Assembly: GCA_035697845.1 (NCBI GenBank)
Contig: DASSCI010000005.1
Span: 8,262 to 72,261, forward strand
Origin: Candidatus Limnocylindria bacterium
GTDB taxonomy: Bacteria; Chloroflexota; Limnocylindria; QHBO01
Length of the DNA: 64,000 nucleotides
Reading direction: 5' to 3'
Below are positions 62,837-64,000 of this stretch, piece by piece. The stretch's first letter is position 1. The number at the start of each line of letters is the position of its first letter. The position numbers were made by a program, and so were the translations under genes. The notes beneath the pieces are model-generated. The model saw nothing but the letters and a program-made list of their open reading frames with translations, did no database searches and was not told where the DNA came from.

Positions 62837-63448
62837 ATGGCCGGTCTGATCGCACCGGTCGCCCGCCTGATCGAGGAGTTCAGCAAGCTTCCGGGGGTGG
62901 GGACCAAGACGGCGCAGCGCCTCACGTATCACGTCCTCCGCGCCTCGACCGACGACGCGCGCGCCCTCGCCGCCGCCCTCGTGGGAATCAAGGAGCAGGT
63001 CGCGTACTGCAGCGTGTGCTGCAACATCACCGAGGCGGGTGTCGACCCGTGCGATATCTGCGCCGATCCGCGCCGCGAGGCGGGACGGATCTGCGTGGTC
63101 GAGGAACCGCTGGACGTGCTCGCCATCGAGCGCACCGGTGAGTTCCGGGGCCGCTACCACGTGCTGCACGGAGCGATCAGCCCCATCGACGGCATCGGCC
63201 CGGATCGGCTCCGAACCCGCGAGCTGGTCGTTCGCGTCAGCGATGGCGGCGTCGAGGAGCTCATCCTCGCCACGAACCCCAACCTCGAAGGCGAGGCGAC
63301 CGCGATGTACCTCGCCGACCTGCTGGCGCCGCACGTGCCATCCATCACTCGCATCGCACGCGGCCTGCCGGTCGGCGGAGACCTCGAGTACGCCGATGAC
63401 GTGACGCTGATCCGCTCGTTCCAGGGCCGTCGCGCCATCGAACGCTGA
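62837..63448 (+). CDS. recR: Recombination protein RecR
   Basis: MAGLIAPVARLIEEFSKLPGVGTKTAQRLTYHVL (HhH), the zinc finger CSVCCNITEAGVDPCDIC, and Toprim ...ICVVEEPLDVLAIERT match RecR. Confidence 0.9.
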   Translation: MAGLIAPVARLIEEFSKLPGVGTKTAQRLTYHVLRASTDDARALAAALVGIKEQVAYCSVCCNITEAGVDPCDICADPRREAGRICVVEEPLDVLAIERTGEFRGRYHVLHGAISPIDGIGPDRLRTRELVVRVSDGGVEELILATNPNLEGEATAMYLADLLAPHVPSITRIARGLPVGGDLEYADDVTLIRSFQGRRAIER

Positions 63449-63464
63449 GCGGGGCGGAGCTCGC

Positions 63465-63493
63465 TTGACGGGCCAGGTGGCCTGATCTATAGT
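63465..63493 (+). promoter_or_regulatory. rRNA operon promoter: TTGACG - 17 bp - TATAGT
   Basis: TTGACG is at 63465..63470 and TATAGT at 63488..63493, ~265 nt upstream of the 16S 5' end. A GC hairpin CCGGCAG-gttc-CTGCCGG follows. Confidence 0.65.
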
Positions 63494-63758
63494 CCGTGTT
63501 CGCGCCGGCAGGTTCTGCCGGTCGATGAACCACGAACGGCGGCCAGTCGGCCGCGCAGCGTGATCATCGCGAGTTCGCCTCAAGAGGAGTACTCGAATCG
63601 AACGAAGCCGAGTCCGCTCAGGCGGATGGAGCAGAGTGGCTTACCAGCTGAAGAGTGACAGGAATCCACACGAGTCAGCGGGACAACGTCGAACTCTAAA
63701 CCGGTGGAAGAGCTGCCAGAACGTCTGGACGCAAGACCACTGGTTTCGTTTTGTACGG

Positions 63759-64000
63759 AGAGTTTGATCCTGGCTCAGGACAAACGCTGGCGGGGTGCGT
63801 GAGACATGCAAGTCGAACGAGGTGCCATCGGGCTTGCTCGATGGTTACCTAGTGGCGGACGGCTGAGTAACGCGTAGGTGACCTGCCCGGAAGTGGGGAA
63901 TAACTGCCCGAAAGGGTGGCTAATACCGCATGTGGTCGGCGATTCGGTTCGCCGTCTAAAGGAGTAATCCGCTTCCGGAGGGGCCTGCGTTCGATTAGCT
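63759..64000 (+). rRNA. rrs: 16S ribosomal RNA, 5' portion (continues beyond the window)
   Basis: AGAGTTTGATCCTGGCTCAGGACAAACGCTGGCGG...CATGCAAGTCGAACG...GGCGGACGGCTGAGTAACGCGT are universal 16S 5' elements. Confidence 0.95.

Overview
This 64 kb window is a densely coding, roughly 70 % GC bacterial chromosomal segment of ordinary housekeeping character, with no CRISPR array, transposase or prophage. It ends in the conserved ffs(SRP RNA)-dnaX-ybaB-recR block followed by an rrn promoter and the first ~240 nt of 16S rRNA.

Main contents, reading 5' to 3':
- Start of the window: the 5' end of an isobutyryl-CoA-mutase-like large subunit gene, S9 peptidase, acyl-ACP desaturase, a GDH paralog, phosphotriesterase-like protein, PHP protein, dodecin, several uncharacterised envelope proteins, and an OpuB-type glycine-betaine ABC transporter.
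- A large membrane protein of unknown function (possibly glycosyltransferase-like) with a divergent PAP2 phosphatase, a NERD protein, and folE with a pterin dehydratase.
- A butyryl-CoA module: icmB-meaB-hbd-acyl-CoA DH-fadD-thiolase, then a kinase/aminotransferase fusion and a second, canonical GDH.
- A coaX-coaBC-panC operon, M16 peptidase, ndk, lepB, an rpoN (sigma-54), an Ig-like/TolB-propeller surface protein, the H+-pyrophosphatase and uppP.
- greA-lysK(class I)-serS-ANT-like nucleotidyltransferase, tdk, aroE, a NarL-type two-component system, a PMT mannosyltransferase and a TadA-like deaminase.
- Five tRNAs: all four tRNA-Ser isoacceptors and a tRNA-Arg with anticodon GCG.

Most notable observations:
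- The GDH paralog at 3933..5204 has lost both conserved active-site lysines.
- The TadA homolog has its catalytic Glu replaced by Val (the Tad3/ADAT3-type change), and sits among the tRNA genes near a G34 tRNA-Arg.
- A ~130 bp MITE-like repeat with 10 bp terminal inverted repeats is present in two copies.
- The sigma-54 carries a C4 zinc-ribbon insertion.
- A long, Bacillus-type SRP RNA with an Alu domain is present, which is unexpected in a high-GC genome.
- greA has a strong promoter and a ~210 nt leader with a terminator-like element.
- A recurring CTAGA(A/C)TC -10 motif sits 9-20 nt before several start codons, suggesting leaderless mRNAs.

Many long Arg/Gly-rich ORFs in the six-frame track are high-GC artefacts and were rejected.
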